Positions 28,871-39,352 are shown, counted from the stretch's first letter. The stretch is 64,000 nt of DNA from an uncultured Actinomycetota bacterium (GCA_963807005.1 CAWDZK010000001.1:1072337-1136336), one strand, 5' to 3'. The notes: generated by a model from the letters alone, not told the origin. Numbers and translations are program-made.

Positions 28871-29848
28871 GTGCCCGACAGGAATCCAGCGACCACGCCG
28901 ATGATCGAGGCCGCCGGGCTGGTGAAGCGGTTCGGCGACTTCACGGCGGTCGACGGCATCGACGTGCTGGTCGAGCGCGGGGAGGCCTTCGGCTTCCTCG
29001 GCCCGAACGGCGCCGGGAAGTCCTCCACCATGCGCATGATCGGCTGCGTCTCACCGGTGACCGACGGCACGTTGCGGGTGCTCGGCCACGACCCCGCAGT
29101 CGACGGCGCCCGCATCCGGGCCCGGCTCGGCGTCGTACCGCAGGAGGACACCCTCGACCTCGAGCTGTCGGTGATGGAGAACCTCGTCGTCTACGGCCGG
29201 TACTTCGGGATGTCGCACAAGCAGGCCGCCCAGCGCGGCCGCGAGCTGCTGGAGTTCGTCCAGCTCGAGGAGCGGGCGAACAGCCAGGTCGAGTCGATGT
29301 CCGGCGGGATGAAGCGCCGGCTCACGATCGCCCGGTCCCTCATCAACGACCCCGACCTCCTGCTGCTCGACGAGCCGACCACCGGCCTGGACCCGCAGGC
29401 GCGGCACGTGGTCTGGGACCGGCTGTTCCGGCTCAAGCAGCGCGGCGTGACGCTCGTGCTGACGACGCACTACATGGACGAGGCCGAGCAGCTGTGCGAC
29501 CGCCTCGTCGTCATGGACCGCGGGCGGATCGCGGCCGAGGGGTCGCCGATCGCCCTGATCCGCGAGTGGTCCACCCGCGAGGTCGTCGAGCTGCGGTTCA
29601 CGGCCGGTGACAACGAGTCGCACGGCGAGAAGGTCGAGGAGCTGGTCGCCCAGGCCGGGCGGCCGCTGCAGAAGCTCGTGAGCCGGGTCGAGGTGCTGCC
29701 GGACCGGGTGCTGCTCTACAGCGACGACGGCGACGCGACGGTCGGTGAGCTGCACGGCGCCGGGGTGTCGCCCGACTCGGTGCTGGTGCGGCGCAGCAGC
29801 CTCGAGGACGTGTTCCTCCGGCTCACCGGACGGAGCCTGGTGGAGTGA
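28871..29848 (+). CDS. ABC-2 exporter ATP-binding protein (NodI-like)
   Basis: GPNGAGKSSTMRMI, MSGGMKRRLTIARSL, LLDEPTTGLDPQARH; alternative start ATG 28901. Confidence 0.92.
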   Translation: MPDRNPATTPMIEAAGLVKRFGDFTAVDGIDVLVERGEAFGFLGPNGAGKSSTMRMIGCVSPVTDGTLRVLGHDPAVDGARIRARLGVVPQEDTLDLELSVMENLVVYGRYFGMSHKQAAQRGRELLEFVQLEERANSQVESMSGGMKRRLTIARSLINDPDLLLLDEPTTGLDPQARHVVWDRLFRLKQRGVTLVLTTHYMDEAEQLCDRLVVMDRGRIAAEGSPIALIREWSTREVVELRFTAGDNESHGEKVEELVAQAGRPLQKLVSRVEVLPDRVLLYSDDGDATVGELHGAGVSPDSVLVRRSSLEDVFLRLTGRSLVE

Positions 29849-30678
29849 CCACGACACTCTCCACCGCCGCCACCGCACCGGCGCTGCCGCCGGCACCGTC
29901 GACGGCGCGCCTCGTCGGGCGGGCGCTGGACTTCTGGCGGATGCAGTTCCGCCGCACCTGGCGGGGCACGTGGGCCAGCACCGTGCTCACACCGCTCGGC
30001 TTCCTCGCGGCCATGGGCCTCGGCCTCGGCTCGATCGTCGACAACGGCTCCGGTGCTGCGAACCTGGGCGGGGTCAGCTACCTCGACTTCATCGCGCCGG
30101 GCCTGCTCGCCGCCTCGATCATGCAGCAGGCGAGCTTCGAGTCGAGCTATCCCGTGCTCGGTGCGATCAAGTGGGCCAAGCAGTACCACGCACAGCTCGC
30201 GACGCCGCTGCGCGTGCGCGACGCCCTGACCGGCCACCTGCTCTGGGTGGCGGTCCGGCTCGGCATCAGCGCGCTGGTCTTCCTCGTCGTGATGGCACTG
30301 TTCACGACGTTCCACTCCTGGTGGGCGGTGCTCTGCCTGCCGGCGGCGGTGCTGACAGGGATGGCGTTCGTCCCGGGGATCTTCGCCTACGCCGCGACGC
30401 TCGAGACCGACAGCGGCTTCGCGCTGATGTTCCGGTTCGCCATCATGCCGATGTTCCTGTTCTCCGGGACGTTCTTCCCGGTGTCCCAGCTGCCCGACTG
30501 GCTGGAGCCGGTGGCCTACGCGGTGCCGCTATGGCACGGCGTCGACCTGTGCCGCGACCTCGCTCTCGGCACGGCGTCACTGCTCCCGTCGCTCGGGCAC
30601 GTGGCGTACCTGCTGCTCTGGGTGGCGGGTGGCTACGCCCTCGCGCTGCGGACGTTCTCGAAGCGGCTGGTCACGTGA
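29845..30678 (+). CDS. ABC-2 permease (NodJ-like)
   Basis: YLDFIAPGLLA, PMFLFSGTFFPVSQLP, PLWHGV. Confidence 0.9.
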   Translation: MTTTLSTAATAPALPPAPSTARLVGRALDFWRMQFRRTWRGTWASTVLTPLGFLAAMGLGLGSIVDNGSGAANLGGVSYLDFIAPGLLAASIMQQASFESSYPVLGAIKWAKQYHAQLATPLRVRDALTGHLLWVAVRLGISALVFLVVMALFTTFHSWWAVLCLPAAVLTGMAFVPGIFAYAATLETDSGFALMFRFAIMPMFLFSGTFFPVSQLPDWLEPVAYAVPLWHGVDLCRDLALGTASLLPSLGHVAYLLLWVAGGYALALRTFSKRLVT

Positions 30679-31505
30679 GCGCGCCCGCCGTGCAGCCGTC
30701 CTCCATGCGGCTCACGCCGCCGCTGCTGCAGCGCTTCGTCGGAACGGGCGGCGCGCGACACCTCGTGGAGCGCAACGCGCGCGTCTACCGGCGCGAGTGG
30801 CTGGTGCTGGTCTCCGGGTTCCTCGAGCCGATCTTCTACCTGTTCTCGCTCGGCATCGGCGTCGCGAAGCTGGTGGGCGACGTGGCGCTGCCGGGCGGCG
30901 AGGTGGTCACCTACACCGCGTTCGTCGCGCCGGCGATGCTCGCAGCCAGCGCCATGAACGGCGCCATCATCGACGCGACGTTCAGCCTGTTCTTCAAGCT
31001 GAAGTACAACAAGCTCTACGACGCCGTGCTCGCCACGCCGGTGACTCCCGTCGACGTCGCGATCGGTGAGATCACCTGGGCGCTGATGCGCGGGTCGCTC
31101 TACTCGATCTCGTTCGTCGTGGTCATGCTGCTGATGGGGCTGATCTCGTCCTGGTGGGCGGTGCTCGCGATCCCCGTGGTCGTCCTCACCGGGTTCGCGT
31201 TCGCCGCGATCGGCACCGCCTGCACGACGTACATGCGGTCATGGCAGGACTTCAGCTACATCACCCTCGTGCAGCTGCCGATCTTCCTGTTCTCCGCTAC
31301 GTTCTACCCGCTGTCGGTCTACCCCGAGTCGTTGCAGTGGGTCGTCCGGAGCTCGCCGCTGTACCACTCGGCGACGCTGCTCCGCGAGCTCACCACCGGC
31401 ACCGTCGGGCTGGACTCGTTCGCGCACGTCGCCGTGCTGGTGGCCCTCGGCCTCGTCGGCATGGTCGTCACCGGCCGCCGCCTGGAGAAGCTGCTGCTCA
31501 CCTAG
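30675..31505 (+). CDS. ABC-2 permease (NodJ-like)
   Basis: SGFLEPIFYL, FVAPAMLA, PIFLFSATFYPL, PLYH. Confidence 0.9.
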   Translation: MSAPAVQPSSMRLTPPLLQRFVGTGGARHLVERNARVYRREWLVLVSGFLEPIFYLFSLGIGVAKLVGDVALPGGEVVTYTAFVAPAMLAASAMNGAIIDATFSLFFKLKYNKLYDAVLATPVTPVDVAIGEITWALMRGSLYSISFVVVMLLMGLISSWWAVLAIPVVVLTGFAFAAIGTACTTYMRSWQDFSYITLVQLPIFLFSATFYPLSVYPESLQWVVRSSPLYHSATLLRELTTGTVGLDSFAHVAVLVALGLVGMVVTGRRLEKLLLT

Positions 31506-32761
31506 GACGTCGTGATCTCCAGCCGGTGCCAGGTCTCGGCCCCGTCGTCGGTGCGCCAGAGCGCGCTGCCGACGACGGCGTACCCGACGTCCCCGCTGGT
31601 GAACCCCAGGTAGCCCACGTCGCCGCCGCCGGTCGGCGGGTCGGACACGGCGGCCAGCCGACCGTCGGCCGAGAGCCGTGACAGCGGTTGCTGGGGGATC
31701 GCGACGACCGCCTCGTCGGGCATGCGCGCCCCGACGCTGACGGAGTTGGGCAGCGCGCCCTGACCGGTGTCCACCGGGACGGTGGTCCACGAGCTGCCGT
31801 CGTCGCCCGAGGTCGCCAGGAAGGCGGCGGTGCCGGTGACGCAGGTGGCCCACAGGCTGCCCGACCCGGACAGGCGGACGTCGACCGCGGAGGCGCACGG
31901 GTTCGGCACCCGGGCGAAGTCGCCGGAGGCGTTCGTCCAGGCAGCGTCGCCGGTGCCGAGGACCACCACCCGGGTCCCCTGGACGGCGAGGTCGGCCGGT
32001 CCGGTCACGTCGATGCCGTCGGCTCGCTGCCAGTCGTCGCTGCCGACAGGAGAGCTCCACAGCTGCTCGTGCGAGCCGCCGACGTCCACCAGCGCCCAGA
32101 CCGTGCCGGCCGCGGCCTCGAGCCGGTGCACCTGGCCGGGAAGGGTGACCTCCGACCAGCCCTGGCCGCCGTCGTGCGTCGACCAGAGACCGCCGCCGAA
32201 CAGCCACCCGTCGGTGGCGCTGCCGAACCGGACGTACGCCGCGTTCCCGGCCCGGACGCCCTCGACGTCGTTGACAGCCGTGGCGTCCGCGGGCACGGGC
32301 AGCCCGGACCAGGTGTCCCCGCCGTCCCGTGACTCGGCCAGCCGGAGACAGCTCGGGTCGCAGCGGCCGGTGGTCCGGCCGAGCGCGACGAGGGTGCGGG
32401 TGCTGATCGCCGTCACCGACGTCACGCCCGCGTCGCTCCACGGCTGTGCGAGCCCGACCCCGGCCGGCGCGGTCGGCGTGGGACTGGCGGTGCTGGTCGG
32501 CCGCCCGGAGGTGGGTGATGCCGCACTGTCCACCGGCCCCGACGTCAGCACCTCGGGGTGCGAGAGCGCGGCGCTCCCGACGACGACGGCGACGACGGCT
32601 GTCGCGGCGACGGCGCCGGCGGCGGCCCGACGACGACGGCGCCGCGTCACGCCGGCCCGGATCGCCGGGATGCCCACCAGGTGCGTCGGCAACGTCAGCC
32701 GGTCGTCGGTCAGCAGGTCGCGCAGGTCGCGCTCCAGCGGGTCGCGGTCTAGCGGGTCCAT
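31502..32761 (-). CDS. Membrane-anchored beta-propeller (Asp-box/BNR) protein, putative anti-sigma or sensor partner
   Basis: Short N-terminus, RRRRRR plus TM helix, Ser/Thr/Pro linker, repeated SRDGGDTW / THDGGQGW / TDDGAETW; overlaps the ECF sigma gene. Confidence 0.75.
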   Translation of the reverse strand: MDPLDRDPLERDLRDLLTDDRLTLPTHLVGIPAIRAGVTRRRRRRAAAGAVAATAVVAVVVGSAALSHPEVLTSGPVDSAASPTSGRPTSTASPTPTAPAGVGLAQPWSDAGVTSVTAISTRTLVALGRTTGRCDPSCLRLAESRDGGDTWSGLPVPADATAVNDVEGVRAGNAAYVRFGSATDGWLFGGGLWSTHDGGQGWSEVTLPGQVHRLEAAAGTVWALVDVGGSHEQLWSSPVGSDDWQRADGIDVTGPADLAVQGTRVVVLGTGDAAWTNASGDFARVPNPCASAVDVRLSGSGSLWATCVTGTAAFLATSGDDGSSWTTVPVDTGQGALPNSVSVGARMPDEAVVAIPQQPLSRLSADGRLAAVSDPPTGGGDVGYLGFTSGDVGYAVVGSALWRTDDGAETWHRLEITTS

Positions 32762-33261
32762 GTGCGCACCCCCTCGGAGTCGGTGGTGGCACGCTCGCGC
32801 AGCTTCGCGAGCGCCCGGAAGGTCGAGCTCTTCACCGTGCCGACCGAGCAGCCCAGCGTCGCGGCGGTGTCGGCCTCGGACAGGTCCTCGTAGTAGCGCA
32901 GCACCAGGACGGCCCGCTGCCGCGGCGGCAGGGTCGCCAGGGCGGCCCACAGGTCGGCGTCGAAGGCGCGCTCGGCGACCCGTGGGTCGTACGCCGCGTC
33001 CGGGGCGTCCGCGACCAGGCGCTCCCGGCGGTAGCGCCGCCAGACGCTCACGTGCCGGTTCACGATCGCGCGCCGGACGTACGCGACCGGGTCGTCCTTG
33101 CGCACCACCCGGTCCCAGGACATCAACGTGCGCTCCAGCGCGTCCTGGACCAGGTCCGCGGCACGGTGCGGGTCGCCGGTGAGGAGGTGGGCGAACCGCA
33201 GCAGCTCGCGCATCCGGCCGCGTGCGAACGCGTCGAACGCGTCCTGCTCGTCAGCCATCAC
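32749..33261 (-). CDS. ECF RNA polymerase sigma factor (SigE family)
   Basis: LLTGDPHRAADLVQDAL, LPPRQRAVLVLRYYEDLSEADTA..LGCSVGTVKS. Confidence 0.93.
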   Translation of the reverse strand: MMADEQDAFDAFARGRMRELLRFAHLLTGDPHRAADLVQDALERTLMSWDRVVRKDDPVAYVRRAIVNRHVSVWRRYRRERLVADAPDAAYDPRVAERAFDADLWAALATLPPRQRAVLVLRYYEDLSEADTAATLGCSVGTVKSSTFRALAKLRERATTDSEGVRTWTR

Positions 33262-33270
33262 GCCCCTTGC

Positions 33271-33296
33271 GACGTCTCACGGGTGCAAAAGGTTGC
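33271..33296 (-). promoter_or_regulatory. ECF-type promoter upstream of the sigma gene
   Basis: Minus strand GCAAC-N17-CGTC. Confidence 0.6.
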
Positions 33297-33321
33297 CCGT
33301 GCAGGTCGTCTCGTCGCCCGG

Positions 33322-33855
33322 TCAGCAGACCCGGTGCACCCGGGCCGTGTCGAGGTCGTAGAGGAATCCCCCGACCGGCAGGTCCCGCAGGTACGGCCAC
33401 GACCGGACCCGCTGGGTGTCCTGGCGCAGCGCCTGCTCCTGGTCGTCGGTGGTCAGGAAGGAGATGCTGCGGGTGTCCGGGCCGCCGGCGGCCGCCACCG
33501 CCGCGTGCACGTCGGACTCGTCGCCGGTGGCCATCCGGCAGCCGGTGTGGGCCACCACCATCACCCGGTCGACGCCGAGCAGGTAGCGCGCCAGCACCAG
33601 GGTGCGGAGCACGTCGTCGGTGACCCGGGCGCCCGCGTTGCGCAGGATCTTGGCGTCGCCGGGGACCAGTCCGAGCATCCGCAGCGGGTCGATCCGGGAG
33701 TCCATGCAGGTGAGCACGGCGAGGCCGCGCGCAGCCCGGGCCTCGAGCTTCGAGGGCTGCACGCTGCCCGCGAAGCTGTCGTTGGCCGCGAGGACGTCGG
33801 CGAAGGTCGTGTCGTCTGCGACGGGCTCGTTGCCCGAGGAGTCCATGTCTGGCAC
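33322..33855 (-). CDS. Beta-class carbonic anhydrase
   Basis: LTCMDSRI, LRNAGARVTDD, VAHTGCRM zinc ligands. Confidence 0.92.
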   Translation of the reverse strand: MPDMDSSGNEPVADDTTFADVLAANDSFAGSVQPSKLEARAARGLAVLTCMDSRIDPLRMLGLVPGDAKILRNAGARVTDDVLRTLVLARYLLGVDRVMVVAHTGCRMATGDESDVHAAVAAAGGPDTRSISFLTTDDQEQALRQDTQRVRSWPYLRDLPVGGFLYDLDTARVHRVC

Positions 33856-33918
33856 GCCCGCAGCCTAGGACCCCCGGTCGCGGTGCCCTCCGGTACCTCG
33901 GGCAGGGATACTGGACCG

Positions 33919-34110
33919 GTGCGTCGGACCGACTTCTGGGAGCGGATGCGGGCGGTCTTCGGGCCGCACGCCGAGTCCGTCGTCGAGCTGCACGTCCTGC
34001 GTGAGCTGGACGGCCGGACGCCTGCGGAGGCGCTGGCCGCGGGGGAGTCGACCCAGGTGGTCTGGCGCGCGGTCTGCGAGGGTCACGACGTGCCCGCCGC
34101 GCACCGCTGA
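33919..34110 (+). CDS. DUF3046-family small protein
   Basis: RRTDFWERMRAVFG..LDGRTPAEALAAG..VWRAVC; usual position before actinobacterial recA. Confidence 0.85.
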   Translation: MRRTDFWERMRAVFGPHAESVVELHVLRELDGRTPAEALAAGESTQVVWRAVCEGHDVPAAHR

Positions 34111-34172
34111 TCCCGGGGGCACTGCTCGGGCGGAGTTCGGCACCGGCGTGTCGCGGGTGTCCTGGCCCGTGA

Positions 34173-34188
34173 TCGAACACCTGTTCGG
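34173..34188. promoter_or_regulatory. LexA SOS box upstream of recA
   Basis: TCGAAC-ACCT-GTTCGG versus actinobacterial consensus TCGAAC-N4-GTTCGA; adjacent -10 TAATCT at 34190-34195. Confidence 0.85.
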
Positions 34189-34252
34189 GTAATCTCCACA
34201 GGTGTCGGACCTGGTGCTCCCGGTCCACAACTCGGTCGCGAGACCGGTGTTG

Positions 34253-34274
34253 TGTCCGGGGCCGGTTCTAGGTT
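34253..34274 (+). promoter_or_regulatory. RecA-NDp (PafBC-type) promoter of recA
   Basis: TGTCCG-N10-TAGGTT. Confidence 0.65.
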
Positions 34275-34323
34275 CGGGCACGTGACGAAGACATCGCGAA
34301 CCTCCTCCACCGGGACGGCACCC

Positions 34324-35385
<1,062 letters not shown>

Positions 35386-35395
35386 GCGTCCCGGC

Positions 35396-36007
35396 GTGCG
35401 CACCACCACACGGCGGACAGGACCCCGGTCGGCGGCTGCCGGGGTCGACCCGGACGGGCCGACCCCCGGCAGCCTCGCGGCGGAGGGACCCGAGCCGGAC
35501 CCGGCGTCGGTGGCCCGCAGCATCGTGCTGCGCAAGCTCACCGCGGCCCCGCGGTCCCGCGCGCAGCTCGCGGCCGACCTCGCGGCCCGCGACGTCCCCG
35601 ACGACGTGGCCGCGGCGGTCCTCGACCGGTTCACCGAGGTGGGCCTCGTCGACGACGCGGCCTTCGCCGAGGCGTGGGTCCGGTCCCGGCATGCCGGTCG
35701 GGGGCTGTCCCGGCGGGCGCTGCGCCAGGAGCTGCGTGCGAAGGGGGTGGACGAGGAGACCGTGTCCTGCGCGGTCGAGACCATCGACGACGACGCCGAA
35801 GTGGACGCCGCCCGCGCGCTGGTCGCCCGCCGCCTGGCGGCGACGCGCGGCCTGCCGGTCGAGGCGCGGCTACGCCGGCTGGTCGGGCAGCTGGCTCGCA
35901 AGGGCTACCCGGGCGGCCTCGCGATGCGGGTGGTCCGGGACGCGCTCTCCGCCGAGGGGACCGACCCGGACGACGACGCGTCGGCCGACCGGTTTCCAGC
36001 CACCTGA
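35396..36007 (+). CDS. recX: Regulatory protein RecX
   Basis: LRKLTAAPRSRAQL, GLVDDAAFAEAWV, ELRAKGV, LARKGY; follows recA; start uncertain. Confidence 0.9.
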   Translation: MRTTTRRTGPRSAAAGVDPDGPTPGSLAAEGPEPDPASVARSIVLRKLTAAPRSRAQLAADLAARDVPDDVAAAVLDRFTEVGLVDDAAFAEAWVRSRHAGRGLSRRALRQELRAKGVDEETVSCAVETIDDDAEVDAARALVARRLAATRGLPVEARLRRLVGQLARKGYPGGLAMRVVRDALSAEGTDPDDDASADRFPAT

Positions 36008-36025
36008 CCTGCGACGACGGGCGGC

Positions 36026-36054
36026 TTGACCGCTCCGCGGGGCGGTCGTAGCCT
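36026..36054 (+). promoter_or_regulatory. Housekeeping-sigma promoter upstream of rny
   Basis: TTGACC-N17-TAGCCT. Confidence 0.65.
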
Positions 36055-36057
36055 CCG

Positions 36058-36089
36058 AGCACGGGCACCCGGCGACGGGTGCCCGTGCT
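36058..36089 (+). other. 14-bp hairpin with GCGA (GNRA) tetraloop: recX terminator or 5' leader structure of rny
   Basis: AGCACGGGCACCCG-GCGA-CGGGTGCCCGTGCT. Confidence 0.75.
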
Positions 36090-36321
36090 GGATGTGGGAC
36101 ACCCGCGCGAGCGGGCTGCGAGAGATTCCTGACCCGGGCGGCCGGATCCTCGGCCGGCCGAAGCTGTGGTCACTGCACGGCACGAGGAGCGGGTCCGTGC
36201 GCCGCCCAGGCGGCGCCCGTCTGCCCCGACGCGGCGTGCGACGGAACCCGCCGCGGCTGCCCGTGCCCGGTCCTGCCGCGCGGCCGTGGCCGACTCGCGA
36301 CCGCCGGACGAGGAGGCGGAC

Positions 36322-37728
36322 GTGAGCGAGCTGGCCGATACGGCACCGGTGGTCCTGCTGGCGGGTGTCACGCTCGCAGCGCTCGCTCTGCTCGCGCTCG
36401 CCCTCGTGCATGCCGGCCGCACCCGGCGGTTCGACCTGGACCGCCGCGAGCAGCGGCTGTCGGTGCGCGAGGACCGGTTGGACGACCGGGGCCACCAGCT
36501 GGAGGAGCGGGCCCGGAACCTGACCCGTCGGGAGGCGGAGCTCGAGGACCGCGGCCGGGAGCTGGAGCGGCTGGCCGCGGACCGGCGGGCGGCGCTCGAG
36601 CGGGTGGCCGGGATCTCCGCCGACGCCGCCCGCGCCGAGCTGCTGGCGGAGGTCGAGAGGGAGGCGCGTACGGCCGCAGCCTTGACGGTCCGCGACGCCG
36701 AGCGCGCCGCCCGTACCGAGGCGGACCGGCGGGCCCGGGAGGTGGTGGTGGCCGCCGTCCAGCGGGTCGCCGCGGCCCAGACGGCCGAGTCGGTGGTGGC
36801 GTCGGTCACGCTGTCCGGTGACGACATGAAGGGGCGGATCATCGGCCGCGAGGGTCGCAACATCAGGACGTTCGAGTCGGTCACCGGCACGAACCTCATC
36901 GTCGACGAGGCGCCGGACTCTGTGCTGGTCTCCTGCTTCGACCCGGTGCGACGGGAGACCGCCCGGGCGACGCTCGAGGCGCTCGTGCTGGACGGCCGGA
37001 TCCACCCGCAGCGGATCGAGGACGCCTACCGGGTGGCGAGCAAAGAGGTCGAGGCGCGCTGTCTGCGCGCCGCCGAGGACGCGCTCGCGGAGGTCGGTGT
37101 CGCCGACCTGGACCCCGAGCTGGTCCGCCACCTCGGGCTGCTGAAGTACCGCACGTCGTACGGGCAGAACGTGCTGGCCCACGTCGTCGAGACCGCGCAC
37201 CTGGCCGGGCTGATGGCCCACGAGCTCGGGCTGGACGCCGCGTTGCTGCGCCGCTGCGGGCTCCTGCACGACGTCGGCAAGGCGCTCACGCACGACTCCG
37301 ACGGCTCGCACGCGGCGGTCGGTGCAGACCTCGCCCGGCGCCATGGCGAGCACCCGGACGTGGTGCACGCCATCGAGGCCCACCACGGGGAGGTGCCGCC
37401 GAACACGCTCGAGGCGGTGCTCACCCAGGCGGCGGATGCCATCAGCGGCAGCCGGCCGGGAGCGCGACGCGACTCGACCGAGGCCTTCGTCACCCGGATG
37501 CAGAAGCTCGAGCAGATCGCCGGTTCCTACGCCGGCGTGGAGCGGGCCTTCGCGATGCACTCCGGCCACGACCTCCGGGTGATGGTCCTGCCCGAGTCCG
37601 TCGACGACATCCAGGCGCAGGTGCTGGCGCGCGAGATCGCGAAGCAGGTGGAGCACGACCTGAGCTATCCCGGCCAGGTGAAGGTGACCGTGGTCCGGGA
37701 GTCCCGGGCGATCGAGATCGCCCGCTGA
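36322..37728 (+). CDS. rny: Ribonuclease Y
   Basis: N-terminal TM, coiled coil, KH motif KGRIIGREGRNIR, YRTSYGQNVL, HD motif LLHDVGK, ADAISGSRPGAR; RBS GAGGAGG. Confidence 0.94.
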   Translation: MSELADTAPVVLLAGVTLAALALLALALVHAGRTRRFDLDRREQRLSVREDRLDDRGHQLEERARNLTRREAELEDRGRELERLAADRRAALERVAGISADAARAELLAEVEREARTAAALTVRDAERAARTEADRRAREVVVAAVQRVAAAQTAESVVASVTLSGDDMKGRIIGREGRNIRTFESVTGTNLIVDEAPDSVLVSCFDPVRRETARATLEALVLDGRIHPQRIEDAYRVASKEVEARCLRAAEDALAEVGVADLDPELVRHLGLLKYRTSYGQNVLAHVVETAHLAGLMAHELGLDAALLRRCGLLHDVGKALTHDSDGSHAAVGADLARRHGEHPDVVHAIEAHHGEVPPNTLEAVLTQAADAISGSRPGARRDSTEAFVTRMQKLEQIAGSYAGVERAFAMHSGHDLRVMVLPESVDDIQAQVLAREIAKQVEHDLSYPGQVKVTVVRESRAIEIAR

Positions 37729-37823
37729 CCCGCCGCGATCAGGGCTGCGGGCCGACGGATGGATGGCGGCGGCGGTGCCGGTGAACGGCCGGGCTCCCGA
37801 GGGCGGCGCCGTAGGGTCGCCGG

Positions 37824-38351
37824 ATGAGCACCTGGCGCCACCTGACCGGCCGGGCCCTGCGGATCGCGGTCCGCGAGGCGCCGAGGCTGCTCCGGCAGTC
37901 GACGGCCGGTCGGCGCGGCACGGGTTCGCCGACCGGCCGGGAACGCCGACCGGCTGCCCGGGTGCGGCCGCGGGGGGCACCCGCCGGCCGCCACCTCGAC
38001 TACGCGCCTGACCTCGACGGCCGAGCCGACCCGGGTGAGGTGGTGTGGACCTGGGTGCCGTACGAGGAGGACGTCACCCAGGGAAAGGACCGCCCGGTCC
38101 TGGTCGTCGGGCGGGACCGGGATGCGCTGCTCGGGCTGATGCTCTCCAGCCGCGACTACCACGACGGCGACCCGGACTGGATGTCCCTCGGGGCCGGCGG
38201 GTGGGACGCCGAGCAACGGCCGAGCTGGGTGCGGCTGGACCGGGTGGTCGACGTCCCGGAGGACGGGATCCGTCGTGAGGGTGCCGTCCTCGACCGGAGT
38301 CGCTTCGACCGGGTGGCGGCTGCGCTGCGCCAGGACCACGGCTGGCGCTGA
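37824..38351 (+). CDS. PemK/MazF-like fold protein (actinobacterial stand-alone type)
   Basis: YAPDLDGRADPGEVVWTWVPYEED..GKDRPVLVVG, SWVRLDRV, RREGAVL. Confidence 0.8.
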   Translation: MSTWRHLTGRALRIAVREAPRLLRQSTAGRRGTGSPTGRERRPAARVRPRGAPAGRHLDYAPDLDGRADPGEVVWTWVPYEEDVTQGKDRPVLVVGRDRDALLGLMLSSRDYHDGDPDWMSLGAGGWDAEQRPSWVRLDRVVDVPEDGIRREGAVLDRSRFDRVAAALRQDHGWR

Positions 38352-38400
38352 CGGGCCGTCGGTGCCATCGGCCGGGGCCCGGCTCCCGGGACGGCACGGA

Positions 38401-38479
38401 CGGACACCAACGACGGCAGAAGGCGTCGTGGTGGACCACCAGCGCGGGGTGGAGCGCCTTGCGCCGTCGTTGCTGTCTG
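38401..38479. repeat. Family-2 fixed-spacer inverted repeat, copy D
   Basis: CGGACACCAACGACGGCAGAAGGCG / CGCCTTGCGCCGTCGTTGCTGTCTG; ACGACGG 38410-38416 ... CCGTCGT 38464-38470 (47-nt gap). Confidence 0.85.
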
Positions 38480-38491
38480 CCGCGCGAGTGG

Positions 38492-39352
38492 TCAGACGCC
38501 CGGGCCTCCGGTCTGCACGGTGCCGCCCTCGCTCGATGTCGTGCTCGCTGAGGGTCGACCCCCTGGGGTACGCCGCTGCCGGGCCTCCAGCAGCACCGCC
38601 AGCCGGGACAGGGAGTAGTTGATGAGGACGTAGATGGCGGCCACCACGAGACCCGCCTGCAGCGGGTTCCGGTAGGCGTTGAACAGCGCCGAGGTCACCC
38701 GGGCCGCCTCCTCGTAGGCGATGATGAAGCCCAACGAGGTGTCCTTCAGTGCCACGACGCTCTGGCTGATGATGGCCGGCAGCATGATGCGCACCGACTG
38801 CGGGATCAGCACCAGGATCATCACCTGGTACTTGCGCATCCCCAGTGCGTACGCCGCCTCGGCCTGTCCCCGCGGCACCGACGCGATGCCGGCGCGGAAG
38901 ATCTCCGCCAGGACCGAGCCGTTGTAGAGCATCAGCGCGAGGACGAGGGACCAGAACTTGGTCAGCGGGCCGCCGTAGGCCAGGAACACGAACAGGATGA
39001 GCAGCAGCAGGGGTACGGCGCGGAAGAACTCGACGACCACGACGGACGGCCACCGCAGCCAGGCCTTCTCGGAAAGCCGGGCCGACGCGAAGACCGCACC
39101 GAAGACCAGCGACAGCAGGATCGCCACGATCGCGGCCTGGAAGGTGTTGGTGAACCCGACGCGCAGCGCGCGCCACGTGCTCTCCTTCGCCAGGAAGTCC
39201 CACTTCTGCGAGTCGAGCTGCCCCTTGTCGGCGAGGATCACCCCGACGTAGGCGGCTATGGCCAGCAGCACAGCGACGGTCGCGACCGCGTAGAGACGAT
39301 GCCGGCGGACCGAACGGGGTCCGGGGACGTCGTACAGGACGGACGCGCTCAT
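38492..39352 (-). CDS. gluD: Glutamate ABC transporter permease
   Basis: SVLYDVPGP, VEFFRAVPLL, AEIFRAGI..GQAEAA, LKDTSLG. Confidence 0.9.
   Translation of the reverse strand: MSASVLYDVPGPRSVRRHRLYAVATVAVLLAIAAYVGVILADKGQLDSQKWDFLAKESTWRALRVGFTNTFQAAIVAILLSLVFGAVFASARLSEKAWLRWPSVVVVEFFRAVPLLLLILFVFLAYGGPLTKFWSLVLALMLYNGSVLAEIFRAGIASVPRGQAEAAYALGMRKYQVMILVLIPQSVRIMLPAIISQSVVALKDTSLGFIIAYEEAARVTSALFNAYRNPLQAGLVVAAIYVLINYSLSRLAVLLEARQRRTPGGRPSASTTSSEGGTVQTGGPGV

Noticed and set aside
36014..36020. ACGACGG heptamer in the recX-rny gap as a sixth family-2 copy
   Set aside because: No CCGTCGT partner 47-48 nt downstream and no CACCA flank
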